Source of the DNA: Anaerolineales bacterium
Lineage (GTDB): Bacteria > Chloroflexota > Anaerolineae > Anaerolineales > UBA11579
DNA: 64,000 bases
Reading direction: 5' to 3'
Assembly (NCBI GenBank): GCA_025808555.1
Contig: CP075526.1
Location: 696,712 to 760,711 of the forward strand
A program made the translations under genes and the position numbers. The notes under the pieces are model-generated. The model had not been told where the DNA came from. It made no database searches and worked only from the letters and a program-made list of their open reading frames with translations. The stretch's first letter is position 1, and the number at the start of each line of letters is the position of its first letter. Shown one piece after another: positions 45,990 to 54,673 of the stretch.

Positions 45990-46018
45990 GTCATTGCGAG
46001 CGCATTCCTCGCAATGAC
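45990..46018. repeat. 29-bp hairpin repeat immediately downstream of the topA stop
   Basis: GTCATTGCGAG-cgcattc-CTCGCAATGAC. A related GTCATTGCGAGG occurs at about 17006. Confidence 0.7.
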
Positions 46019-46024
46019 AGAAGC

Positions 46025-48355
46025 CTAAGCTGCCTGGCCTTCGGCCTCTTCCTTCTGCACATCATCCAGCGGGAATTGCGTTTCGCAGGTCATGCACTGG
46101 GCAAAGTTCTTGTTGGCGATGACCAGCGTGCCGCCGCAGCTGGGGCACGGCGTAGGCAGCGGGCGCTTCCACGAGGTGAACTCGCAGGCCGGGTAATTGG
46201 CGCAGCCGTAGAAGATGCGGCCCTTGCGGGTGCGGCGTTCAACGACATCGCCGCCATCCAGCGGGCAGGTGACGCCGATCTTCTCGAGCCAGGGCTCGGT
46301 GTGGCGGCAATCCGGGAAGCGTTCGCAGCCGATGAACTTGCCGTAGCGCCCCCAGCGGATGATGAGCTGGCCCTGGTTGCAGGTGGGACACTCGCGGCCG
46401 ATGTATTCCGGCCCGGCTTTGGATTCGGGCATTTCCAGCTTGGCCTTCTCCACCGTCTCAGAGAAGGGCTCGTAAAAGTCGCTAAGGACGCGCACCCAGT
46501 TGGCATCGCCGGCGGCGATCTTGTCCAGGTTGGCTTCCATCTCGGCGGTGAAGTTGAAATCCACAATGTCGGGGAAGTGCTCGGTGATGAGGTCATTGAC
46601 CAGCAGTCCCGTCTCGGTGGGGATGAAGCGCTTGTCCTCACGCACCACATAGCCGCGCTGCTGCAGCGTGTTGAGCGTGGGCGCATAGGTGGACGGGCGG
46701 CCGATGCCGTACTCTTCCAGCGCTTTGACCAGCGAGGCATCGCTGAAGCGCGGCGGCGGCTGGGTGAAATGCTGTAACGGCAACAGCTCAAGGAGCTTTT
46801 GCGCTTGACCCTCAGCCAGGTCCGGCGGGATAGGCGAGTCGTCCTCGCCTTCGGCCTTGACGGTCTCGTCCTTGGCCTCTTCGTAGACGGCCAGATAGCC
46901 GGGGAATTGCAGGATGGAGCCTGAGGCGCGTAGCAGGTACTCGTTGGTGCCCTGGCCCACAACGCGCACCGAGATGGTGTCGTAGACAGCCGGCACCATC
47001 TGCGAGGCGAGGAAGCGCTGCCAGACCAGCTGGTACAGGCGGAACTGGTCACGGCTGAGGAAGTCTTTGACCTGGGCTGGGGTGCGCATGGCCGATGTGG
47101 GACGCACAGCTTCATGCGCTTCCTGGGCGCCCTTGGCGCGGGTCTTGTACTCGGGCGCCTGCTCCGGCAGGTAGCTGGCGCCGTGCACGCTGGTGACGTA
47201 CTCGCGTGCCTCTTGCTGGGCCAGCGGCGAGATATAGGTCGAGTCGGTACGCATATAGGTGATGAGGCCGGTGGTCTCGCCCTGCCCCAGGTCAATGCCT
47301 TCGTACAGTTGCTGGGCGATGGCCATGGTGCGCTTGGCGGTGTAGCCTAGCTTGCGCGAAGCCTCTTGCTGCAGGGTGCTGGTGGTGAAAGGCGCGGGCG
47401 GCTTGCGGCGGCGCTGGCCGCGCTTGATCTCACGGATGGCGTAGCTGGCGGTCTGCATATCGGCCAGCAGCGGGTCGACCTTTTCCTTGGCGCCCAGGTC
47501 GGGCTCCTCGCCGTTGACATCGGCCAGTTTGGCGACGAAGGTGTTCTGGCTGCCTTCGGGCTGTAGCTTGGCTTCGATGGACCAATATTCCACTGGAACA
47601 AAGGCGTCGATCTCGCGCTCGCGCTCGACGATGAGACGCAGGGCGACAGACTGCACGCGCCCGGCCGAGAGGCGGTTGCGCACCTTGGTCCACAGGATGG
47701 GGCTGAGGTTGTAGCCCACCAGGCGGTCGAGCACGCGGCGGGTTTGCTGGGCGTCGACCAGGTTCATGTTGATATCGCGCGGCTGACCGAAGGCCTCCTC
47801 GATGGCGGGCTTGGTGATCTCATGGAAGACGACGCGCTTGGCACGCGCCGGGTCGATCTCGGCCGCTTCGATGAGGTGCCAGGCGATGGCTTCGCCTTCG
47901 CGATCAGGATCGGTGGCGAGGAAGATCTCCTCGGCCTTGGCAGCCTCGGCCTTGAGGCCCTTGACCACCTTGCGCTTCTCGTTGGGGATGCGGTACTTGG
48001 GCGCGAAGCTGTTCTCCACATCCACCGAGAGCTGCGAACGCAGCAGGTCACGCACATGGCCAACCGAGGCTTCGACGCGGTAGCCGTTGCCGAGGTAGCG
48101 ACCTACGGTGCGGGCCTTGGCGGGCGACTCGACGATGACCAGGCGGCCCTTGCGCTTGGCGTCCTGGCGCTCCTGCTTGGTGGGCTTGACCGGTGCAGCG
48201 ATGCCCTCATGCGCGGGGGTGCGGCCCATGCGGAACAGGGTAGTGCCGCACACGCCGCAGGTGCCGCGCGTGCCCGGCGCCCCGCTGGCCGTGTACTCCG
48301 GCTGCGGGTTCACCATCTCACGCTTGGTCTTACACTTCACACAATATGCTTCCAA
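46025..48355 (-). CDS. topA: DNA topoisomerase I with extra N-terminal zinc ribbon and C-terminal zinc fingers
   Basis: TOPRIM LVIVESPAKARTVGRYLG, the active-site region YITYMRTDST, C4 fingers CPTCNQG..C..C and CPSCGG..C. The N-terminal ribbon is CVKC...CGVCG. Confidence 0.95.
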   Translation of the reverse strand: MEAYCVKCKTKREMVNPQPEYTASGAPGTRGTCGVCGTTLFRMGRTPAHEGIAAPVKPTKQERQDAKRKGRLVIVESPAKARTVGRYLGNGYRVEASVGHVRDLLRSQLSVDVENSFAPKYRIPNEKRKVVKGLKAEAAKAEEIFLATDPDREGEAIAWHLIEAAEIDPARAKRVVFHEITKPAIEEAFGQPRDINMNLVDAQQTRRVLDRLVGYNLSPILWTKVRNRLSAGRVQSVALRLIVEREREIDAFVPVEYWSIEAKLQPEGSQNTFVAKLADVNGEEPDLGAKEKVDPLLADMQTASYAIREIKRGQRRRKPPAPFTTSTLQQEASRKLGYTAKRTMAIAQQLYEGIDLGQGETTGLITYMRTDSTYISPLAQQEAREYVTSVHGASYLPEQAPEYKTRAKGAQEAHEAVRPTSAMRTPAQVKDFLSRDQFRLYQLVWQRFLASQMVPAVYDTISVRVVGQGTNEYLLRASGSILQFPGYLAVYEEAKDETVKAEGEDDSPIPPDLAEGQAQKLLELLPLQHFTQPPPRFSDASLVKALEEYGIGRPSTYAPTLNTLQQRGYVVREDKRFIPTETGLLVNDLITEHFPDIVDFNFTAEMEANLDKIAAGDANWVRVLSDFYEPFSETVEKAKLEMPESKAGPEYIGRECPTCNQGQLIIRWGRYGKFIGCERFPDCRHTEPWLEKIGVTCPLDGGDVVERRTRKGRIFYGCANYPACEFTSWKRPLPTPCPSCGGTLVIANKNFAQCMTCETQFPLDDVQKEEAEGQAA

Positions 48356-48384
48356 ACAAACACCTCTAATGAATAAGTTCTAAC

Positions 48385-49494
48385 CTACAGGTAACGCTGC
48401 AAGCCTTTTTCTTTCAAGGCTTCAATGACCTGGCGCACATCCTGAGCGCGCTCACGGCTGCAAATTAATAGCACATCTCCGGTATCTACGACCACCAGAT
48501 CCTTGACGCCAACGGTAACGATGAGACGCTCGGCTGTGTTGCTGGCGCCGTGCACGAGTGAATTGTGGCTGTCGAGATCATGGTGGTGCGGGTGCAGGGC
48601 CAGGTTGCCGTTGCCGTCCGCCGGCAGCACTTCAAAGAGCGAAGTCCACGAGCCGACATCGTTCCAGGCCAATTCCTTGGCGGGGATGACGGCCACGTTG
48701 GCGGCATGCTCCATAACGCCGTAGTCGATCGTCTGGGCCGCAATGCGCGGCCATTCATGCGCGATCACGTCTGCATAGTCGGCAGAGCCCATGGCGGCGG
48801 CCACTTTTTCAAGCGTGGCATGCAGATCGGGCATCTGCTCGGCAAACTCCTGCATGATGCGCGCAATGCTCCAGATGAACATGCCAGAATTCCAGGCGTG
48901 GTCACCGGCGGCCAGCATACCCTCCGCTTCCGGCTGGCTGGGTTTTTCTTTGAATCGCTTAACCTTGTGAGCCACAAAGCCGCCGAACTCGCCCAGGCTG
49001 TCACCCATTTGGATGTAGCCATATTGCGTAGCGGCGAAGGTGGGCTCAATGCCCAGCGTCACCAGCGGCCCGGTCTGCGCCAGGGCCACGGCGGCTTCCA
49101 GGTAACGATGGAAGCCGGCTTCGTTGGCGATGTAGTGGTCAGCGGTGAGCACGATCATCACCGCCTGCGGGTCACGCGCACCCAGGGCGGCGGCCGCCAG
49201 CCCGATGGCCGCGGCGGTGCCGCGCGGCTGCGGCTCGAGAATGTAATTCTCAGCGGGCAGCTCGGGCGCGTGGGTCTTGAGCTCGGCGGCCTGCTGCTGG
49301 CTGGTGACCACCAGGATGCGCTCGGGCGGCAGCAGCGCCCGCAGGCGCTGCACCGCGATCTGGAACAGGCTGCGCTCCTCGATCAGGGTGAGCATTTGCT
49401 TGGGCTTGGATTGGCGCGAGAGCGGCCACAGGCGTGTGCCGCCGCCGCCGGCCATGATGACCGCGTATGCATGCTGCAATGGAGTCTCAGCCAT
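48385..49494 (-). CDS. mannose-1-phosphate guanylyltransferase-like nucleotidyltransferase
   Basis: AVIMAGGGGTRLWPLSR. The start was placed at MAETPLQ (49494), which overlaps the dprA stop by 8 nt. Confidence 0.82.
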   Translation of the reverse strand: MAETPLQHAYAVIMAGGGGTRLWPLSRQSKPKQMLTLIEERSLFQIAVQRLRALLPPERILVVTSQQQAAELKTHAPELPAENYILEPQPRGTAAAIGLAAAALGARDPQAVMIVLTADHYIANEAGFHRYLEAAVALAQTGPLVTLGIEPTFAATQYGYIQMGDSLGEFGGFVAHKVKRFKEKPSQPEAEGMLAAGDHAWNSGMFIWSIARIMQEFAEQMPDLHATLEKVAAAMGSADYADVIAHEWPRIAAQTIDYGVMEHAANVAVIPAKELAWNDVGSWTSLFEVLPADGNGNLALHPHHHDLDSHNSLVHGASNTAERLIVTVGVKDLVVVDTGDVLLICSRERAQDVRQVIEALKEKGLQRYL

Positions 49495-50614
49495 AACTGG
49501 CTCCCAGCTCGCGGGCGGCCACATAGGCCATGCCGCCCACATGCCGCACCAGGCCTTTGAGTTCCATAAGCGTAAGGGTAGAGGACACCTGCGCAATGGG
49601 CAAGGCGGCGCGGGCGCCGATCTCGTTCAGGTGCAGGGGCTCAGCGCCCAGCACACTATACAGAGCAGCTTCAGTGGCGTCAGCCGGCAGGGCCTGGCGC
49701 GCGTCTTTGTTCAGATCCATCGTTTCCAGGTTCAATACCTTCAATAGAGTTTCAAATTGCAGCAGCGGGTGCGCCCCGCGCTCGATCAGCAGGTTGCAGC
49801 CTTTGCTTTGCGGGGCGTAGATCGGGCCGGGCACGGCGAACACCTCGCGTCCCTGCTCGGCGGCAAAGCCGGCCGTGATCAGCGCCCCGCTGCGCTCGCC
49901 TGCCTCGATCACCACCACGGCCTGCGCCAGGCCGGAGATGATGCGGTTGCGCGGCGGAAAGTTGGCCGAGTCCGGCGGGGTGCCGAGCGCATAATCGCTC
50001 AGCACGGCGCCGCGCTGGGTCATCTCGTCTGCCAGGCGGTGATGAGCGACGGGATAGATGCTATCCAACCCATGCGCCACCACGCCCAGCGTGCGCCCGC
50101 CAGCCCGCAGGGCCGCGGTATGAGCGAAGCTATCCACACCTTTGGCCAGCCCGCTCACCACGGTGATGCCGCGCTGGGCCAGGAAGCTGGCCAGTTCCTC
50201 GGCCACCTGGCGGCCGTAAGTCGTTACCTGGCGGCTGCCAACGATCGCCACCGCCCACTCATCTTCGGGCAGCAGGTCACCACGCAGGTAGAGCACGGGT
50301 GGCGCCTGCTCCAACTCCCGCAGACGGCGCGGGTATTCGTCATCTTCCCACACCAGGGCGCGCACGCCGTGAGCGGCCAGCTGAGCCGGGATATGCTCCA
50401 ACTGCAGGGTCTGGCGCGCCTGCACCAGCCCGGCGGTAGCGGCGGGCGGCAAACCGGCGGCCTGCCACTGGGCCGGCGTTGCGGCCCAGGCGGCCTTAGC
50501 GCTGCCGAAGGCAGCCAGCAGCCTGCGGAAGCGCACCGCCCCCACATTCTTTACGCTGGTGAGCGCGATGCGGCTCAGGCGTTCAGCGTCCATGTACGTA
50601 TTCATGTCGGGCAT
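49487..50614 (-). CDS. dprA: DNA-processing protein DprA
   Basis: AIVGSRQVTTYG, SGLAKGVDSFAHTAAL, and a C-terminal wHTH. Confidence 0.9.
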   Translation of the reverse strand: MPDMNTYMDAERLSRIALTSVKNVGAVRFRRLLAAFGSAKAAWAATPAQWQAAGLPPAATAGLVQARQTLQLEHIPAQLAAHGVRALVWEDDEYPRRLRELEQAPPVLYLRGDLLPEDEWAVAIVGSRQVTTYGRQVAEELASFLAQRGITVVSGLAKGVDSFAHTAALRAGGRTLGVVAHGLDSIYPVAHHRLADEMTQRGAVLSDYALGTPPDSANFPPRNRIISGLAQAVVVIEAGERSGALITAGFAAEQGREVFAVPGPIYAPQSKGCNLLIERGAHPLLQFETLLKVLNLETMDLNKDARQALPADATEAALYSVLGAEPLHLNEIGARAALPIAQVSSTLTLMELKGLVRHVGGMAYVAARELGASYG

Positions 50615-50653
50615 TCAAAACGGCGACCAGAATACCACATGCGCTTTGCAGGC

Positions 50654-51268
50654 TTATGAGGACGAGGCTTCCGCGGGCGGGTCTGGCAGCAGGCCGGGCA
50701 GCAGGTGCACATGCATTCGTTTGTTGGCCAGGTCTACATCTGTTACCACCTCGCGGATGGCAGGCAGCAGCACTTCGCCATAGCGTTCGGAGCGCACGAT
50801 ATAGACGTCATTGGCGCCGGTCTCCAACACCTGGGTCAGCGTGCCCAGCTCTTCGCCGGCATCGCTCACCACCGTCAGGCCCATGAGCTGGTGGCGGTAG
50901 TACTGGCCGGGCGGCAGCGGCGGGCTGTCCTCCACGCGGGAGAACAGAGGCGCGTTGCGCAGATGCTCGATGGCATTTCGGTCAGGGAATTCTTCGAAGG
51001 ACAGCAGCAAGCCGCCGTCCACAGGGCGCTGGGTGCGGATGGTGACCGGCGTGTGCTCGGCACCCAGGAACAGCTTCAGGCCGGGCTGCAAACGCTCAGG
51101 GAAGTCGGTTTCGATGGACACCTGGGCTTCACCGCGCAGGCCATGCGGGCGGCGCAAAATGCCCACCAATACAAAGTCAGGCTCGCGGAATTCCGCTGAG
51201 CCTGACTGGGAGGGCTTGCCTTGGTTTGCCTTGCGGCGTTGGCTGGCTTGTTGTCTGCGCGAGGTCAA
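50654..51268 (-). CDS. rimM: 16S rRNA processing protein RimM (basic N-terminal extension)
   Basis: VLVGILRRPHGLRGE and a PRC barrel (GLTVVSDAGEELGTLTQVLETGANDVYIV). Confidence 0.88.
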   Translation of the reverse strand: MTSRRQQASQRRKANQGKPSQSGSAEFREPDFVLVGILRRPHGLRGEAQVSIETDFPERLQPGLKLFLGAEHTPVTIRTQRPVDGGLLLSFEEFPDRNAIEHLRNAPLFSRVEDSPPLPPGQYYRHQLMGLTVVSDAGEELGTLTQVLETGANDVYIVRSERYGEVLLPAIREVVTDVDLANKRMHVHLLPGLLPDPPAEASSS

Positions 51269-51501
51269 TCAGGTTCCGAAATGTGCAGCGTGGCGCGCTT
51301 GCCATCCTGCGAAGCGGCCACTTGCAGCAGCAGGCGAATGGCATTGGCCACGCGCCCGTTGCGGCCAATGATACGACCCATGTCTTCTTTGCCAACCAGT
51401 AAAGAGAGCTCGGTGCCCTCGCCGCGACGGCGTTGGCTCACGCGCACCTGGGTGGGGTCATCCACCAAGGCGCCAGCGATGTATTCGACGAGCTCTTTCA
51501 T
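51265..51501 (-). CDS. KH domain RNA-binding protein (YlqC/UPF0109)
   Basis: MKELVEYIAGALVDDP..V.V and GKEDMGRIIGRNGRVANAIRLLL. It sits in the conserved rpsP-KH-rimM order. Confidence 0.88.
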   Translation of the reverse strand: MKELVEYIAGALVDDPTQVRVSQRRRGEGTELSLLVGKEDMGRIIGRNGRVANAIRLLLQVAASQDGKRATLHISEPD

Positions 51502-51509
51502 GCGTGTTT

Positions 51510-52067
51510 TTACTCAGCAGCAGGAGCGTCAGCCGCAGGAGCTTCTTCTGCCGGAGCAGCGGGGGCTTCGGCAGCGGGGGCTTCGGCGGCTTCAGCAGCC
51601 GGGGCCTCAGCGGCCGGCGCTTCAGCAACTGGAGCTTCAGCTACGGCTTCGGCGGCAGGGGCTGCGGCTGCCGGAGCAGCAGCCGGGGCCGGGGCAGCCT
51701 TCTTGCGGCTGCTGGTGGCCGGAGCCGGGAAGCTGGTGCGGCCATCCGCATTGCGGATCTTGGCCGCGGCGTCAGCCTCGGCCAGCAGGGTCTCCAGGCT
51801 TTCGCCGGCCTTGAAGCGCTCATAGCGCGCCATCAGGCCCGCCTGCTGGAACACCTGCTGGGCGGATTCGCTGGGCTGGGCGCCATTGCTGATCCAGTGG
51901 TAAATGCGATCTTCCTGCAACGCGATGGTGGCAGGCTTGGTGCGCGGGTTGTAAGAACCCAGCACCTCGATGAAACGGCCTTTGGCCGGGCTTTCTTTGT
52001 CGGCCGCCACGATGCGGAAGCTAGCCTGATTGTGGCCGCCAACGCGGCGCAGTCTAATACGTACCAT
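51510..52067 (-). CDS. rpsP: 30S ribosomal protein S16 with Ala/Glu/Pro-rich C-terminal tail
   Basis: MVRIRLRRVGGHNQASFRIVAADKESPAKGRFIEVLGSYNP. The tail is AEAPAAEAPAAEAAEAPAAEAPAAP. Confidence 0.93.
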   Translation of the reverse strand: MVRIRLRRVGGHNQASFRIVAADKESPAKGRFIEVLGSYNPRTKPATIALQEDRIYHWISNGAQPSESAQQVFQQAGLMARYERFKAGESLETLLAEADAAAKIRNADGRTSFPAPATSSRKKAAPAPAAAPAAAAPAAEAVAEAPVAEAPAAEAPAAEAAEAPAAEAPAAPAEEAPAADAPAAE

Positions 52068-52312
52068 CTAAAAAACAAGCTCCTCGAATATTCTTTAAAA
52101 GCGGGAATTGCCCGCGATTTTGCTTGCCCGGAGGTTGACTCCAAACAGCGGGTGATTGTAGCCGCTCTGGGGTGGGCGGTCAAGAGCAGCCCAGCCGGCG
52201 CAAGGCGCAAATTGCCGGCGCTCTCTTGTCCGCTTTTCAGGTTTCCACTACACTATAGGCTCATCCCCCGGTGCCGCCCGGCACAATGAATCATCCTCGA
52301 GGAGAGAGACGA

Positions 52313-53167
52313 ATGGCCAAAGTAGCGATTATTACGGACAGTACCACCTACCTTCCCAAGGAACTAAGCGAGGGCCTGAACATCAATATTGTGCCCACCG
52401 TAGTGATCTGGGATGGCAAAGAACTGCGTGATGGCGTAGATATCCAGCCCGGCGAGTTTTACGAACGCCTGGCGAAGGCTGAGACCATGCCCACGACCTC
52501 GCAGCCCTCGCCGGCTGCCTTCAAGGACATGTACGAGAAGCTGCAAAAGGATGGCTATACCGACATCCTCGGCCTGTTCGTATCCGCCAAGCTGTCGGGC
52601 ACGATTGCCTCGGCCAACCAGGCCAAAGACCTGGTGAGCGGGCTGAACATCGAAGTGATGGACGGCCACTCGGCCTCCATGGGCACCGGTTGGGCCCTGC
52701 TGGAGGCCGCCAAGGCCGCCAAAGCCGGCAAGTCTCTCAAAGAGTGCGCTGACATCGCCAAGAAGGCCGGCGAGCAGACCGGCCTGCTGCTGCTGGTCGA
52801 CACGCTGGAGTTCCTGCACCGCGGCGGCCGCATCGGCGGCGGCGCCCGCTTCCTGGGCACCGCGCTAAACCTGAAGCCGATCCTGGAAGTGCAGGACGGC
52901 CGCCTGGAGCCGCGCGAGCGCGTGCGCACCAAGGCCAAAGCCTTGGCCCGCATTCTGGACCTGGTGGACGAGCGCATCGGCGGCCGCACGCCGCTGCACC
53001 TGGCGGTGGTGCACGCCAACGCCGAGGCTGACGCCAAGGCCCTGCTAGACGAAGCCAAGACCCGCTTCAAGCCGGACATGACCGCCCTGACCGCGGTGAG
53101 CCCTTCGGTGGGCACGCACACCGGCCCCGGCACCTTGGGCGTAGCCTTCATGGCGGGATACAAATAG
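52313..53167 (+). CDS. DegV family fatty-acid-binding protein
   Basis: MAKVAIITDSTTYLP, TSQPSP and SGTIASA. GAGGAGAG lies before ATG 52313. Confidence 0.88.
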   Translation: MAKVAIITDSTTYLPKELSEGLNINIVPTVVIWDGKELRDGVDIQPGEFYERLAKAETMPTTSQPSPAAFKDMYEKLQKDGYTDILGLFVSAKLSGTIASANQAKDLVSGLNIEVMDGHSASMGTGWALLEAAKAAKAGKSLKECADIAKKAGEQTGLLLLVDTLEFLHRGGRIGGGARFLGTALNLKPILEVQDGRLEPRERVRTKAKALARILDLVDERIGGRTPLHLAVVHANAEADAKALLDEAKTRFKPDMTALTAVSPSVGTHTGPGTLGVAFMAGYK

Positions 53168-53193
53168 TCGACAGGTTACAGTCAAGAGCTAAT

Positions 53194-53224
53194 AAAAAAC
53201 CTGCGCACATGCGCAGGTTTTTTT
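53194..53224. terminator. bidirectional intrinsic terminator between the DegV gene and pdp
   Basis: AAAAAACCTGCGC-acat-GCGCAGGTTTTTTT. Confidence 0.8.
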
Positions 53225-53242
53225 GTCGCAACACTTCTAACG

Positions 53243-54547
53243 TTACTTCACAACGCCATAGGAATGACGCAAGCGCTTTACCTTCTTGGCAGACCACTTG
53301 TGGGCGGCCAGCACGCGTGTGCGCGCCGCGGCCAACGAGTCTTTTGAATTGGCGTGCAGCACGAACAGCGGCTCGCCCTTCTTCACGCGGTCGCCGACTT
53401 TGTGCAGCACCACAATGCCCACGGCAGGGTCGATCGTATCGCCCTTCTTGGCGCGCCCGGCGCCCATCTCCACTGAGGTCTCGCCCACGATCTGGGCATC
53501 GATCCATTTGATATACGCGCTCTTGGGCGCGGGCACTTCTTCAATGAAAGGCGCAGCCGGCAGCTTGTCTGGCTGGTCCACATAGCTCACATCGCCGCCC
53601 TGGGCGGCCACCAGCTTGCGGAAGCGCTCAAAAGCGCTGCCGTCTTGCAGCGTGGCCGCGGCTTTTTTGCGGGCGGCTTCCGGCGTGCTGGCCGCTTTGC
53701 CGAGCACCAGCAGGTGGCTGGCAATATCCAGGCAATGCTCGCAAAAATCCTGCGGCCCGCCGCCGTGCAGGGTTTCGATGGCTTCTTTGACCTCGAGGGC
53801 GTTGCCCACGGCGAAGCCGAGCGGCTGATTCATGTCGGAGAGCAGACACACCACTTTTCGATTGGCCAGCTTGCCAATCCGCACCATGATGGTCGCCAGC
53901 TTTTTGGCCGCAGGCAGCGTTTTCATGAACGCGCCAACGCCAACTTTCACATCCAGCACCATGCGCTGGGCGCCGGCGGCGATCTTCTTGCTCATGATCG
54001 ACGAAGCGATCAGCGCCAGCGAGTCGACCGTGCCGGTCACATCCCGCAGGGCGTACATCTTGCCGTCGGCGGGGGCCAGCTTGCCGGTTTGCCCGGTGAG
54101 CACCAGTCCCAGACCCTTGAGTTGGGCCAAAAACTCTTCCTTGCTGAGGTCGGTGCGGTAGCCCGGAATGGACTCCATCTTGTCCAGCGTGCCGCCGCTG
54201 AAACCAAGGCCGCGGCCAGACATTTTGCCCACCCGCAGCCCGCAGGCCGAGACGATCGGCTCGACCACCAGGGTAGTCTTGTCGCCCACCCCACCGGTGG
54301 AATGCTTGTCCAGGGCAATATCCACGACCTGGCTCAGGTCCAGCACCTCGCCCGAATTGGCCATGGCCAGGGTCAGATCGGTCACCTCGCGGTCACTCAT
54401 CCCGTTCAGCAGCACTGCCATGGCCCAGGCGCTGGCCTGGTAGTCAGTCACAGTGCCGTCCGTGAAACCACGTACAAAGAATTCGATCTCCTCGGTGGTC
54501 AGTTCCAGGCCATCACGCTTCTTTATGATCAGATCAACGGTTCGCAT
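53243..54547 (-). CDS. pdp: pyrimidine-nucleoside (thymidine) phosphorylase
   Basis: MRTVDLIIKKRDG..L..EEI.FFV.G...G...DYQASAWAMAV and DKHSTGGVGDKT. At 434 aa it has the canonical length. The track ORF extends 252 aa too far upstream. Confidence 0.92.
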   Translation of the reverse strand: MRTVDLIIKKRDGLELTTEEIEFFVRGFTDGTVTDYQASAWAMAVLLNGMSDREVTDLTLAMANSGEVLDLSQVVDIALDKHSTGGVGDKTTLVVEPIVSACGLRVGKMSGRGLGFSGGTLDKMESIPGYRTDLSKEEFLAQLKGLGLVLTGQTGKLAPADGKMYALRDVTGTVDSLALIASSIMSKKIAAGAQRMVLDVKVGVGAFMKTLPAAKKLATIMVRIGKLANRKVVCLLSDMNQPLGFAVGNALEVKEAIETLHGGGPQDFCEHCLDIASHLLVLGKAASTPEAARKKAAATLQDGSAFERFRKLVAAQGGDVSYVDQPDKLPAAPFIEEVPAPKSAYIKWIDAQIVGETSVEMGAGRAKKGDTIDPAVGIVVLHKVGDRVKKGEPLFVLHANSKDSLAAARTRVLAAHKWSAKKVKRLRHSYGVVK

Positions 54548-54673
54548 GTCACCTCGCCTGAAATTATACTGGCGGGTCTCATTAGTCCAAACGGCTGTTA
54601 AACCAGACTCAACATTCCCCCTGTCTTGCCCTACAATACTCTGGCAGCCAAAAGCTGGGCTGCCAGTCTGCTT

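Noticed and set aside
51520-51760. Degenerate tandem DNA repeats considered as a non-coding satellite
   Set aside because: They lie in frame within the rpsP ORF and encode its Ala/Glu/Pro tail. Overlapping ORFs in other frames are composition artefacts.
52068-52312. 245-bp rpsP/DegV divergent spacer screened for a small RNA (SRP, 6S, RNase P)
   Set aside because: I found only a short GCGGG-caatt-CCCGC hairpin with a T-run next to the rpsP SD and some GC palindromes. I recognised no conserved ncRNA motifs, so there is not enough support for a call.
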